Source of the DNA: a virus
Lineage: Duplodnaviria > Heunggongvirae > Uroviricota > Caudoviricetes
IMG/VR virus record: IMGVR_UViG_3300028797_000097
Direction: 5' to 3' (one strand)
Length of the DNA stretch: 64,000 bases
Part shown: positions 38,589 through 48,684 of the stretch, piece by piece
Layout: each line of letters opens with the position of its first letter
How positions within the stretch are numbered: position 1 is the stretch's first letter
Program-made: the position numbers and the translations under genes
The notes under the pieces: model-generated
What the model was told of the DNA's origin: nothing
Databases searched by the model: none
Seen by the model: the letters and a program-made list of their open reading frames with translations, nothing else

Positions 38589-39059
38589 ATGGCAAGAGCA
38601 AAAACACTTAAATTAAAAGCTGGAACTAATATTACATTGACAAAAGATGATACATCTGTAACAGTAGGATGTATTAGTGATGGTCCATCTGTTACTAATG
38701 AAAAAATCAAAATTTATGATATAAAAATTATAGCAGACCGGCAAGAATCAACAGGCTATCGTTTTGATGGTACGCCATCTGCAGAAGAATTAATATCTTT
38801 ATTGGTTGGTGATACTGGAGCTGGTAGTTTAGCAATATTAAGAGCTATAGAAGATGTCGGTGAAGGCATAAAAAATGAAAAATGGTATTATTTACAAGAT
38901 ATTAGTGGTTGGCATATTGAAATGCAGTCAAACATGTATGTTTTTACATTTATCCATACTAATGCAGTAACTAGTATTTCCCATGATGTTATTACATGTA
39001 ATGTTGGAAAAACTGGTGAAGGATATAGTACAGTATGGACACTATCACATATGCAATAA
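38589..39059 (+). CDS. Late structural-module protein, 156 aa
   Basis: N-terminus KLKAGTNITLTKDD resembles the fibre N-terminal module. Confidence 0.4.
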   Translation: MARAKTLKLKAGTNITLTKDDTSVTVGCISDGPSVTNEKIKIYDIKIIADRQESTGYRFDGTPSAEELISLLVGDTGAGSLAILRAIEDVGEGIKNEKWYYLQDISGWHIEMQSNMYVFTFIHTNAVTSISHDVITCNVGKTGEGYSTVWTLSHMQ

Positions 39060-39089
39060 TTTAAAACAATAATATTACAATAAAAAGGG

Positions 39090-39118
39090 TTGACAAAAGT
39101 CAGCTCTTTTTCTATATT
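39090..39118 (+). promoter_or_regulatory. Canonical sigma70 promoter TTGACA-N17-TATATT upstream of the cadherin-like gene
   Basis: -35 at 39090-39095 and -10 at 39113-39118. Near-identical context to the promoter at 30671 (aaaaagggTTGAC...tttttCTATATTT). Confidence 0.6.
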
Positions 39119-39177
39119 TATTTAAATTAATTAGAAAACTATAAATATATAGAATTTTTAATAAGAAGGTAATAAAA

Positions 39178-42100
39178 ATGAAAAAGATAATCGGAATATT
39201 ATTAGTTTTAGCTGCATTTGTTTTTTCTGCAGACTATAAGCCGTTTAACTTTGAAACTATCCCACAAGATTCTGCAAGTCAACAGGATCAATTTGATTAT
39301 ATGCTTCAATATAAGTTATATGGTCATGATTTTATCAAAATGGGAAATGATGTTCGTATTCCAGACAAGTCAGGTTGGAATGGTACTGTAGGTAATATTA
39401 CTTCTAATGCAAGATTGACCTTGGGCGGTCCGATTCTTGCAAATGGTAGTATTTCTATGGGTGATGGTCCAAATAATATTACTGGACCAGTTCGCTCAGT
39501 CGATTTTGATCTTGGAAATGTAAATAATTCCAAAATCGCAAGCCCTGTTTGCTTAAGCGGAACCGCAAATGCTAATGCATTGTCTGCGATTGAAGATCAT
39601 AAGACTTATTCTTTCGATGCAAACATTTGTAAGGACAGCGTTCCTGCTGCACCTACAAATCTTTATATGCCGATTGTTGATTGGGATAATCTTGGTGCTG
39701 ATGTTAAGTTGGATGATATTGTTTTAAGTGGCAATGATGCTACAGATACTATTTTTGTTCCTAAAGGTGAAGGCGCATATAAGATTTTAATTGATAAGAT
39801 TCAGTTTGGCCTTGGCGGAACTAATGCAAGCCATTTGTATGTTAAGATGCAAGATGGCGGTAGATTGACCCAGATTTTCGTAAAGAATTTTATTTATGGA
39901 AATCATGCTACAATTCAGGTTGTTTATGATACTGACAGTGGAAGCGTAGTATTGAATCAGGACCAATATCGTGGTAACTTGATGTTCTATTCTAATAATG
40001 TTATCAGTTTTGATAATATGGACTATGCTCCTATTCAAGGTTCATTTATTTCTACTGATTCAATTTTCTTGGGAAGAAACGTTAATATTTCTGGTCAGTT
40101 ATTGACTAATAAGCTTGAAATTGGAAATGATATTGATGGTAAAAACTTCAGATTTGTTAAATTCGACCCTGATACAATCGATGTTAAGCTTGATAAGTAT
40201 GGTGGTTTGAGAGAAAATGATTCTACTGTTATTATTCCTATTGAACTAAGTGATACTGCTACTATCGCTGTATATTTTAGATATTGTTTTGATTTGAAAG
40301 ATGGTGTAACTGTTGAAGATTTTAATATTCCGCCTACATTCCCTATTTGTAACATCGATCAACCGAAAGAAGTATCTATTCCTATCGGTTCAAAGATTCC
40401 AAGTGATCCAATTAAGGTAAATGTTAAAGTCGATACATTGACAGAAAATGAATATCTTGTAATTAAGATTGATAGCATTTCTGGTGCTATTCTTCCTGAT
40501 GGTAAGACTGAAGGAGAATTAAAGATTAAGATTATTGACGCTCCTATTGGACATGTTGAATTTGATACTACAAAGACATATGAGTTTGAGGAAAATAAAC
40601 TTGGTGAAGTAGATGTAATCAAGATTTTAAATGGAACTGAAAATACTCGTTTCCATCTTGATAGTGCATATACTGATAGATATGAATTGGATAGCTTGAC
40701 TGGTAAGTTGACACTTATTGGTGAACCATTAGATTATGAAAAGGCTGCAATCGATGTTATTAAGGTTACATTGACTGATACTGGCAATGTAAGTGTAACT
40801 CGTAATATTCCTATTACAGTAATTGACGTTAATGAAGCACCTACTATCGATGATGTAACTGCTAATCTTCCGGAAAATCTTATTCATCCATTCATGGTTG
40901 AAAAGTTAGTTGCAAAAGATCCAGATACTAAGACAACATTTACTCAAAATGTTTTCAGTATGCTTGAAGGTGATACAAGCTTATTTAGAGTAGATTCTGA
41001 TGGTGAAATTTGGGCAAAGAAGACATTTGACTATGAAACTGATCAGAAAACCTATACTTTGAAGGTTTTGGTTCATGATAAGACTAATCCAGCATTGAAG
41101 GATAGTGCTATTGTTACTGTTAATATCACAAACAGCAATGATGGTCCTAAGTTTGACAGAAATGATACTACATTCCATGTAAATGAAAATGAACCATTTA
41201 AGGATAGTGTAAAGGCAACTGACCAGGATGGTGATAAGATTACTTATTCTATCATTGGAAGTGTTCCATTCAAAATTGATTCTACTGGCGTAATTACTTC
41301 TACTAGAACATTTGACTATGAAAAAGAAAAAGAATTTACATTCAAGGTCATTGCTGATGATGGTAAAGCAAAAGATACAATGACTGTAAATATTATAGTA
41401 GACAATGTAAATGAGCCTGTTCATACCAAAGATACAACTTTTGTTGTAGATGAAGGTAAAACTGGTGAAATCGGTAAAGTCAAAGGAGAAGATGAAGATG
41501 GAAAGCCTGTTAAATTTTCTTGCGATGATAGTGTGCATTACAGCATCGATACTAATACTGGTATTCTTAGACTGGTAGACCCATTTGACTATGAGATTAC
41601 AAAATCTGATACCATAAAGGTATTTGTTACTGATAGTCTATTTACAGATACTGCCATAGTTATTATTAATGTTAATAATGTAAATGAACCTCCTGTATTA
41701 CAGCCAAATGATTCTCTTACAGTTCCAGAAAATTGTAAGAATTGTATTGTTGGTATTATTACAGCAGTTGACCCTGACAGTGATAAGGTAATTTACGAAG
41801 TTAAGGAACCTGGTTTCACAATCGATACAAATGGAGTATTAAAGCTCACTGATCCTCTTGATTATGAGAAAACTCCAGAAGTTAAGATTACAGTTATTGC
41901 AAAGGATTCTAGTGGCGCAGCTGATACTGCCACCTATATAATTAAGATAACTGATATTAATGAACCAGTCCATGTTCAAGATACAACTTGTTCTGTAAAG
42001 GAAAATTATACTGGTAAGGTTTGCAAGATTACAGCAACTGATGAAGATAAAACAACTCCTAAATATATAATTACCGATACTACAAATTATTCTATCGATT

Positions 42101-43986
42101 CTACTGGTGTAATTACTATTAAGAACCCGATTGATTATGAAAAGAAGACTAAGGACACAGTAACTGTTATTGTAACTGATGACGAATTTTCTGATACCGC
42201 ACAGGTAATTATCAGAGTTCTCGATGAACCTGAAAAGGTTGAAATTACCACATGGGATGATGAAAAGCCTAAAGATACAGTAAAGACAAATGACCCAGAT
42301 CATAAGTTCGAATGGGAACTTTGTGAAGGTGATAGCTGTATTAAGCATGAAGAATTTCCGCATATCAAGAAAGATACAACTATCAAGGTATGTAATGATA
42401 AGAAGACTGTTTGTGATTCAGTTGTAGTTTTATTCAATGATGCACCTCCAGTTGTTACTTTGACAAATGCAAAGTCTACTGATGCATTGATTGACTATAT
42501 TACAATCGAAGAACAGAAGGACGATAAGATTTATGTCAACAAGAAAGAAAATCCAATTACTGTAACTGTTAGAGATACTGTTCATAAGACAGAAAAGAAA
42601 TTTGATATTAAAGTTAAGCTTGATACAATTCCTACTAAGGATATTAAGATTAAGGAATATAACTACTTGATTGATGAATCTCTTGCAACTCATACAGCAA
42701 TAGGTAACAATCTTATTGAAGTTTCTGAAGTTATTTCTGTTGACGGTAATAAGATAACAATTTCTAAGATTGTTGATAAGAAGACAATGGAACCAATCGA
42801 TACAGTTCAAACTGTTACTTATCATAAGAAGGTTGGTGGTAAGGACGTAGTTGTTTCTTATAAGACTGATAATCTTACTGGTCAGAGAGTTTCTGATTAT
42901 GAAATTTCTTACATGGCTGATTCTTGCACTAAGGTTACATATACTGTAAATGATAAGAAGGAAATTGTTAAGAATAAGGAAGGAAATATTGCATATAATA
43001 TCACTTATGATTATGTAGATGATTTTGGTAACAAAGCATCTGCATCAGTTGAAATTATCTTCGACGATATTCCGCCTAAGGTTGAAATTCTTGGACCTGG
43101 TCCAATGGAACATTTCAATACAAATGCAATTCCAGTTAAGTGGACAGTTAATGGCGAAACACAAGATACTTTGACATTACAGAGACTTGAAAAAGGTGTT
43201 AACTATATTATCAGAAGATATGTAGATAAGGCTGGTAACGTCGCTGCTGATACAGTCACAGTTCTTATGAATGAAGCCAAGGATATTGATATTGAAATTA
43301 TCAATCCAGTAACCAAGGTTGACCAGGATAAAGTTGATGAATATTATTCTGAAGGTCATAAGTATAATGATAAGAAACCGTTTGACGTCAAGTTTGTTGA
43401 CCCGAAGAACGATACAATTCCAGATGTAATTGGTGTTGGTTTCAAGGTTGATATTGTACTTCCGTCTGTTTCTCCTACTGGTTCTCTTGCAACATTGGAT
43501 GACATTGTAAAGAATGGTCAGATTCCAGTTGATGATAAGGGAAATATCGTTGGTGCTTCTACAAAGGGAATTCCAGTAGATAAGTATGTTGAAGAACATT
43601 GTACTGAAGAATTCCAGAAGGATTACGATAAGTATGGTTTGAATATTCCGCTTTATGACGTTACTTATAAACTTCATCTTTGGGTATATACAACTACTGC
43701 AAACTATGTAAATGATTTTAATATTGAATTTACATTGAATGATGAAGCTAAGACTACTACAGCAGGAACTGTCCAGATGGTTATCGACTGGTTGTCTGAT
43801 AAGGATGGAAACGTCAAGGCTAAGAACCATCATGCTTTAGGAACAGGCGCATATATAACCAAGTTGTTCAGCACTTCTGTTGCAAAACACCGTTGTGATT
43901 ATAAGGATCAAGTTAAGGGTGATAGAACTGTAAAGAAGGATGAAACAATGAAAACATTTGGTTATAAGCGACCAAACAACAAGTAA
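39178..43986 (+). CDS. Giant secreted cadherin-repeat protein (1602 aa)
   Basis: Sec signal peptide MKKIIGILLVLAAFVFSADYK. Multiple repeats of about 100 aa ending in cadherin-type linkers (VIDVNEAPTI, NSNDGPKF, VDNVNEPVH, VNNVNEPPV, ITDINEPVH). Confidence 0.7.
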   Translation: MKKIIGILLVLAAFVFSADYKPFNFETIPQDSASQQDQFDYMLQYKLYGHDFIKMGNDVRIPDKSGWNGTVGNITSNARLTLGGPILANGSISMGDGPNNITGPVRSVDFDLGNVNNSKIASPVCLSGTANANALSAIEDHKTYSFDANICKDSVPAAPTNLYMPIVDWDNLGADVKLDDIVLSGNDATDTIFVPKGEGAYKILIDKIQFGLGGTNASHLYVKMQDGGRLTQIFVKNFIYGNHATIQVVYDTDSGSVVLNQDQYRGNLMFYSNNVISFDNMDYAPIQGSFISTDSIFLGRNVNISGQLLTNKLEIGNDIDGKNFRFVKFDPDTIDVKLDKYGGLRENDSTVIIPIELSDTATIAVYFRYCFDLKDGVTVEDFNIPPTFPICNIDQPKEVSIPIGSKIPSDPIKVNVKVDTLTENEYLVIKIDSISGAILPDGKTEGELKIKIIDAPIGHVEFDTTKTYEFEENKLGEVDVIKILNGTENTRFHLDSAYTDRYELDSLTGKLTLIGEPLDYEKAAIDVIKVTLTDTGNVSVTRNIPITVIDVNEAPTIDDVTANLPENLIHPFMVEKLVAKDPDTKTTFTQNVFSMLEGDTSLFRVDSDGEIWAKKTFDYETDQKTYTLKVLVHDKTNPALKDSAIVTVNITNSNDGPKFDRNDTTFHVNENEPFKDSVKATDQDGDKITYSIIGSVPFKIDSTGVITSTRTFDYEKEKEFTFKVIADDGKAKDTMTVNIIVDNVNEPVHTKDTTFVVDEGKTGEIGKVKGEDEDGKPVKFSCDDSVHYSIDTNTGILRLVDPFDYEITKSDTIKVFVTDSLFTDTAIVIINVNNVNEPPVLQPNDSLTVPENCKNCIVGIITAVDPDSDKVIYEVKEPGFTIDTNGVLKLTDPLDYEKTPEVKITVIAKDSSGAADTATYIIKITDINEPVHVQDTTCSVKENYTGKVCKITATDEDKTTPKYIITDTTNYSIDSTGVITIKNPIDYEKKTKDTVTVIVTDDEFSDTAQVIIRVLDEPEKVEITTWDDEKPKDTVKTNDPDHKFEWELCEGDSCIKHEEFPHIKKDTTIKVCNDKKTVCDSVVVLFNDAPPVVTLTNAKSTDALIDYITIEEQKDDKIYVNKKENPITVTVRDTVHKTEKKFDIKVKLDTIPTKDIKIKEYNYLIDESLATHTAIGNNLIEVSEVISVDGNKITISKIVDKKTMEPIDTVQTVTYHKKVGGKDVVVSYKTDNLTGQRVSDYEISYMADSCTKVTYTVNDKKEIVKNKEGNIAYNITYDYVDDFGNKASASVEIIFDDIPPKVEILGPGPMEHFNTNAIPVKWTVNGETQDTLTLQRLEKGVNYIIRRYVDKAGNVAADTVTVLMNEAKDIDIEIINPVTKVDQDKVDEYYSEGHKYNDKKPFDVKFVDPKNDTIPDVIGVGFKVDIVLPSVSPTGSLATLDDIVKNGQIPVDDKGNIVGASTKGIPVDKYVEEHCTEEFQKDYDKYGLNIPLYDVTYKLHLWVYTTTANYVNDFNIEFTLNDEAKTTTAGTVQMVIDWLSDKDGNVKAKNHHALGTGAYITKLFSTSVAKHRCDYKDQVKGDRTVKKDETMKTFGYKRPNNK

Positions 43987-44062
43987 TAAATAAACCAGGA
44001 GTAAATCCTGGTTTTTTATTTTAGGGTTTACAACTAAAAAATATTTGCTATATTATAATATT

Positions 44063-44245
44063 ATGCAAAAAACAAAAATTGATATCGTAGTATTTGTAGT
44101 TATTTTTATTTTCGTATTTAGTTTAATGATATTTGGATGTAGTTCTGAAAGTTCTACTTCTCCTGAAGATATGTATCAGAAGTGTATTACTGTTAACGAA
44201 GAAAATCCAGATGCATGTGACCAAGAATTTACAATATATAAATGA
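44063..44245 (+). CDS. Small lipoprotein (60 aa)
   Basis: ATG 44063 lies within the TTG-start ORF listed at 44045. Hydrophobic signal with IFGC, then an acidic Cys-containing mature part. Confidence 0.45.
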   Translation: MQKTKIDIVVFVVIFIFVFSLMIFGCSSESSTSPEDMYQKCITVNEENPDACDQEFTIYK

Positions 44246-44724
44246 ATTATTTAAAAACATATTTCGCAATTATTGCCAAAGCGGCAGGGAGAGAGCCATC
44301 GATATTATATGATAAGCATCATATAATTCCTCAGTCATTGGGTGGTCCAGACGTGCCTACGAACTGGATTTATTTAACCCCTAGGGAACATATGATTGCA
44401 CATCATTTGCTTGCCAGAGCTTATCCAGACGTCGAATTATTGCAGTCTGGATTTAACCTGAAGAAAGTCTGTATTAAGTATTATGACTATTATAGATGGT
44501 CTATGAGGTTAAAAGACTTAGCAGGTATGATAGAATATAGTAAGAATAAAAAAGAGATTGTAACGCGTTTAAGAGTGCTTCTGGACGCAATTGGTGATGT
44601 AGACCTAGATAAACATATTCCGGTAAAACAACAGCCTAATATGGTCAAATCTAAAGCACCAGCAGTTACTGAAAAAACTGAAAAAATAGAAACTAAAAAA
44701 GGAAAAAAGAAATGCAAAGAATAA
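44242..44724 (+). CDS. HNH homing-endonuclease-like protein
   Basis: DKHHIIPQSLGGPDVPTNWIYLTPREHMIAHH (HNH H-N-H core). Located upstream of nrdD, a common homing-endonuclease context in T4-like phages. Confidence 0.75.
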   Translation: MNYLKTYFAIIAKAAGREPSILYDKHHIIPQSLGGPDVPTNWIYLTPREHMIAHHLLARAYPDVELLQSGFNLKKVCIKYYDYYRWSMRLKDLAGMIEYSKNKKEIVTRLRVLLDAIGDVDLDKHIPVKQQPNMVKSKAPAVTEKTEKIETKKGKKKCKE

Positions 44725-44915
44725 TTGGAATCTTACTGTTACTATGTGGCATGTCATTTGCATGTTCACCCTTCTTCACTTCTGAATTTTGTAAGGAGAT
44801 AGATTTCTGGAATACTCAGTATTCTAGTTATCATTACAAATATTTTGAAATTTCTCCTAACTGGCTACTCTGGATTAACGGTTATCAAGCGTTTAATTTC
44901 ACGATTCGTTTCTAA
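44712..44915 (+). CDS. Small secreted or lipoprotein-like protein (67 aa)
   Basis: Signal-like N-terminus MQRIIGILLLLCGMSFAC. Confidence 0.3.
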   Translation: MQRIIGILLLLCGMSFACSPFFTSEFCKEIDFWNTQYSSYHYKYFEISPNWLLWINGYQAFNFTIRF

Positions 44916-44938
44916 ATAAAAATTTACAAATTAATTTA

Positions 44939-44968
44939 AACTATGCAAAATTTTGCATAGTTTTTTTT
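44939..44968 (+). terminator. Rho-independent terminator (aactatgcaa/ttgcatagtt) plus T8
   Basis: Perfect 10-bp stem followed by a T-run. Confidence 0.6.
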
Positions 44969-45188
44969 ATATTTGATATGAAATTTGTAACGTAAAAAAT
45001 AATAAATAATTATATTTGTCGGTTGAAGTTTATGTTAAATCTTAGTGAAAAAATTTCTCAAAAATGTAGCTTTAAAATAGTAAAGGCTACATTTTTCATT
45101 GTGCTATAAATATAAAACCGATAAAGAAAATGAAAGTTATTAGTGTTGTGAATTAAATGTTTATTGAGCGTTTATAAAGAGGAAATAG

Positions 45189-47660
45189 ATGATTAAAAAC
45201 GTAATTAAGCGAGATAATCGCAGACGAAAATTCAACATTGCAAAAGTATATACAGCCATAGAAAATGCATTTAAATCAATAAATGAAAAATATACAGAAG
45301 AAGGTATAGACCAATTAGTTGATGAAGTAGTCGAGAAGATTTCCGCAAATGATGCCAAGTCAGCAAGAGTTGAAGATATTCAGAATGTTATTGAAAAGAC
45401 ATTGATGAATAGCGGATTCGGAACAGTTGCTAAGGCATTTATTTTATATAGAGACGAACGTAACCGTGCACGTGAAACAAAATCAGAAATTGTAAAGACC
45501 ATTAAGGAAATTACAGAGTCTGATATTAAAAGTTCGAATATTTTAAGAGACAATGCAAACGAATCTGGTGCTACTCCTGCTGGAACATACGGTAAGATTG
45601 CATCTGAAACGAATAAGATGTATAACCTGTTGAATAACATCAACAGAAAGTATGCACAGGAACATAAGGACGGACATTTACATATCCATGACCTTAACCA
45701 GTATAATTTGACATTCAACTGCTTGTTTGCTCCAGTTGGAAAGTTATTGAAGAACGGTTTTGACTCTGGAACTGGTTTCTTACGTTCCCCGAAGTCAATC
45801 CAGACTGCAGCAGCATTGACAGCAGTTATTCTTCAGCTCCAGTCCAACCAGCAATATGGTGGTATCGCTGATGATAATCTCGATTTTGATTTAGCACCGT
45901 TTGTCGATATTTCATTTAGAAAGAATCTTAAGGAAGAATTAGAAAGATATATAGAATATAATCCAGATCATGAAGAAATGACCAATCTTGATGAAGTTGC
46001 AACAGCTTCTATGAACTGGCCTTCTGCACTTCTTTATACTAAGTTCCCTAAGATTTGTGTTATTAAGGCAATTCAGAAGACAGATGATGATACACATCAG
46101 GCTATGGAAGGTCTTATTGGTAATTTGAATTCTTTACAGTCTCGTTCTGGAAACCAAGTTCCATTTAGTTCTTTGAACTTCGGTCTTAATACTTCTAATT
46201 GTGGTCGTATGATTAGCAAGAATCTTATTAAGTCTCAGATGGAAGGTCTCGGTGACGGATTGACAGCAATTTTCCCAATCTTGATTTTCAAGTTGATGGA
46301 AGGTTACACAAAGAATCCAGAAGATCCTAACTATGATTTGTATCTCGACTCTATTAAGTGTCTTGCTCGTAGATTCTACCCGAACTTTGTAAAGGTCGAT
46401 AGTTCCTTCAATAAGCCATACATCAAGTATGAAACTAAGGAAGTTGAAATTCTTGAAAATGTTATTGGTGTTAAGGTTCGTGGTAAAGATGAAGCAACAA
46501 TTATCCCAATGCAAGACCAGAAGTTTGATAAGTTTGTCTATCAGTATGATGTAGGTCAAGGTGACTATTGGGAAATTGAAGAAATTTCTGGAAATAAGTT
46601 GAAGTTGAAGAAACTCATTGAAAATACAACTATTTCTACTATGGGTTGTAGAACCAGAGTTATTGGTAATATCAATGGTGCTGAACAGACAACTGGTAGA
46701 GGTAACTTTGCATTCCATACAATTAACCTTCCTAGACTTGCTATTGAAGCTCATATCGCAGCAAAGGATGAAGAAGAACGTAAGACTATTTTCTTCGAAA
46801 AGCTTGCTGAAATGCTTGAAGATGCAAAGGGAAGTTTGCTTGACAGATTCGCATTGATTTCTAACAAGACATATGAGAATTTCCCATTTACTATGCAACA
46901 GGGTCTTTATCTCACATCTGATGACCAACCGCATGAAGTTACTGATAAGATTGGTGAAGTTCTTAAACAGGCTTCGTTGTCAATCGGTTACGTCGGTCTT
47001 GCTGAAACCATGTTACTCTTGACAGGTAAGACTTATGGTGTTGACCATGAAATTGATGATTATGCTTTCTCTATTGTAAAGACTATTCGTGAATTTGTTG
47101 ATAAGACACAGAAGGAAACTCATTTGAACTGGTCTTGTTTCGCTACTCCAGCTGAAGCAGTTGCAGGTCGTTTTGCTAACATCGATAAAAATCTTTTCCA
47201 GAATGAAAAGAAGCTTGCTGATGTAGATTTACAGAGAGTCTTCGGTAAGGGTTATTACACAAATAGCCACATGCTTGATTATTCTTTGGAAACTACTCTT
47301 GAAAACAAGATTAAGATGGAAGCTCCATATCACAAGATTACAAATGCTGGTCATATCTTCTATTACAAGTTGAATGGTGACTTGTCTAAGAATCTTGAAG
47401 CGGTCAAGGCAACTATTGATGCCATGTATGAAGGTGACCTTGGTTATTTCACTTGCACATTTGACAGTGATACTTGTACTAAGTGCCATTTCCATGGAAT
47501 CATCAATAATGAATGTCCATGTTGTGGTAACAAGAATGAAGACGAGATTATTCGTGTTAGAAGAATTACCGGATATTTGACTGGTTCTCCTAAGAAGACT
47601 ATTTTTAAGTCTTGGAATGATGGAAAATTAGCAGAATTGAGAGACCGTCATAATATTTAA
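45189..47660 (+). CDS. nrdD: Anaerobic ribonucleoside-triphosphate reductase NrdD (class III, glycyl-radical)
   Basis: ATP-cone N-terminus. C-terminal Zn ribbon CTKCHFHG...CPCCG and glycyl-radical motif RVRRITGYL. Confidence 0.9.
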   Translation: MIKNVIKRDNRRRKFNIAKVYTAIENAFKSINEKYTEEGIDQLVDEVVEKISANDAKSARVEDIQNVIEKTLMNSGFGTVAKAFILYRDERNRARETKSEIVKTIKEITESDIKSSNILRDNANESGATPAGTYGKIASETNKMYNLLNNINRKYAQEHKDGHLHIHDLNQYNLTFNCLFAPVGKLLKNGFDSGTGFLRSPKSIQTAAALTAVILQLQSNQQYGGIADDNLDFDLAPFVDISFRKNLKEELERYIEYNPDHEEMTNLDEVATASMNWPSALLYTKFPKICVIKAIQKTDDDTHQAMEGLIGNLNSLQSRSGNQVPFSSLNFGLNTSNCGRMISKNLIKSQMEGLGDGLTAIFPILIFKLMEGYTKNPEDPNYDLYLDSIKCLARRFYPNFVKVDSSFNKPYIKYETKEVEILENVIGVKVRGKDEATIIPMQDQKFDKFVYQYDVGQGDYWEIEEISGNKLKLKKLIENTTISTMGCRTRVIGNINGAEQTTGRGNFAFHTINLPRLAIEAHIAAKDEEERKTIFFEKLAEMLEDAKGSLLDRFALISNKTYENFPFTMQQGLYLTSDDQPHEVTDKIGEVLKQASLSIGYVGLAETMLLLTGKTYGVDHEIDDYAFSIVKTIREFVDKTQKETHLNWSCFATPAEAVAGRFANIDKNLFQNEKKLADVDLQRVFGKGYYTNSHMLDYSLETTLENKIKMEAPYHKITNAGHIFYYKLNGDLSKNLEAVKATIDAMYEGDLGYFTCTFDSDTCTKCHFHGIINNECPCCGNKNEDEIIRVRRITGYLTGSPKKTIFKSWNDGKLAELRDRHNI

Positions 47661-47682
47661 TAAAAACAACTAGAAAAAAATC

Positions 47683-47711
47683 ATACGGGTTGAAAAACCG
47701 TATGGTTTTTC
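47683..47711 (+). terminator. Terminator hairpin (catacgg/ccgtatg) plus T-run, followed by CTATCTTT
   Basis: 7-bp stem with a 9-nt loop. Confidence 0.55.
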
Positions 47712-47734
47712 TATCTTTAAGCAAAAGGAAGCGA

Positions 47735-48028
47735 ATGTTAGATACTTTAATGTTAATCTGTGGTTTTTGTGGAGCTGGTGCTTTTGCAGTTTGTTCATTA
47801 CCACAAGTTATTAAAGCTTATAAAACTAAGTCGACAGGTGATATAAGTATTTTCTTTATTATCTTGTCAATTATCGGTAATTTATGTAGTGCTGCTTATA
47901 TATTCTATACTAATTATATAAGTGGAATGTGGCAATATCCGCAATATGTAAATTATACTTTGGCAACTATACTTATATTTATCCTTCTCGGGTTAAAACT
48001 AAAATATGATAAGGAAAATAAAAAATGA
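47735..48028 (+). CDS. PQ-loop / SemiSWEET-like small membrane protein (97 aa, three predicted TM segments)
   Basis: RBS aaaggaag before ATG 47735. PQ motif CSLPQVIKAYKTKSTGDISIFFIILSIIGN. The stop overlaps the next start (ATGA). Confidence 0.5.
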   Translation: MLDTLMLICGFCGAGAFAVCSLPQVIKAYKTKSTGDISIFFIILSIIGNLCSAAYIFYTNYISGMWQYPQYVNYTLATILIFILLGLKLKYDKENKK

Positions 48029-48684
48029 GTATAATGGATCTTATCGGTGTTCAAAGAGGAATTGATTTTGAACATAGTTTACCAACTGTAATGCGATATA
48101 AACCTGATATAAGAGAAGGTTATGAATATGGCAGTTTTGAACCTAAATATGGTCATACGCCAAATTGGCAACCTTTATGTAGTAATTCTTCAGACTTATA
48201 TAAAGAAATCGTTTTAGCATGTAAGCAGGTTGCAAAAGTTACAGAAATGAAAAATCCAATAGGTAATGATCCTTTTTGGCATCGTAGTGGACCTGAACGT
48301 GCAGGAACGATTGTTTCTAAGATAATACAGCTTTGTAATGATATTGCTATTGCTACTCGACAAGGTCAAGGCAATGTTATTGTATTAAATACTAAGATGT
48401 ATGATTTATTACGTGAGTTAACATTTGGTTTTATGGATTGCCCATTTATTTCTGAATCTGCTCCAGGCGTATTAAAGATTGTTGGAAGAGATGCTTTTAA
48501 AATGGATTTTGACGATTATTCAAATTATCCAGAAGCTATTATGACATATCATTCTAATAATTCGTGTGTATGTGGTGCTATTGCAGCACTTAGTCCTACC
48601 GAGACTTATTTTTCAATTAATACTGATATGGAAGGAACAGAGAATTATTATAGACTTTTAAGGGTAAAAGATGAATTACAGTAA
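48025..48684 (+). CDS. Paralog A of an uncharacterised 220-aa family flanking nrdG
   Basis: Homologous to 49152..49823 (M.I.DLI.VQ; GTIVSKIIQLCNDIAIATRQGQGNVIVLN vs CGVLLTNLMKECNSIRTSTRRCAGNYILIN; C-terminal YYRL). Confidence 0.5.
   Translation: MSIMDLIGVQRGIDFEHSLPTVMRYKPDIREGYEYGSFEPKYGHTPNWQPLCSNSSDLYKEIVLACKQVAKVTEMKNPIGNDPFWHRSGPERAGTIVSKIIQLCNDIAIATRQGQGNVIVLNTKMYDLLRELTFGFMDCPFISESAPGVLKIVGRDAFKMDFDDYSNYPEAIMTYHSNNSCVCGAIAALSPTETYFSINTDMEGTENYYRLLRVKDELQ

Noticed and set aside
40981-43833. Several 130-220-aa minus-strand ORFs inside the cadherin-like gene
   Set aside because: Ile/Asn/Phe/Cys-rich antisense translations of an AT-rich coding repeat. The plus-strand ORF with cadherin repeats explains the region.
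46134-46934. 266-aa minus-strand ORF inside nrdD
   Set aside because: Antisense to a high-confidence NrdD ORF; no motifs.
45189-47660. Group I intron or intein in nrdD, as in T4
   Set aside because: The ORF is continuous and the motifs are collinear (ATP cone to Zn ribbon to Gly-radical). The nearby HNH gene is freestanding.
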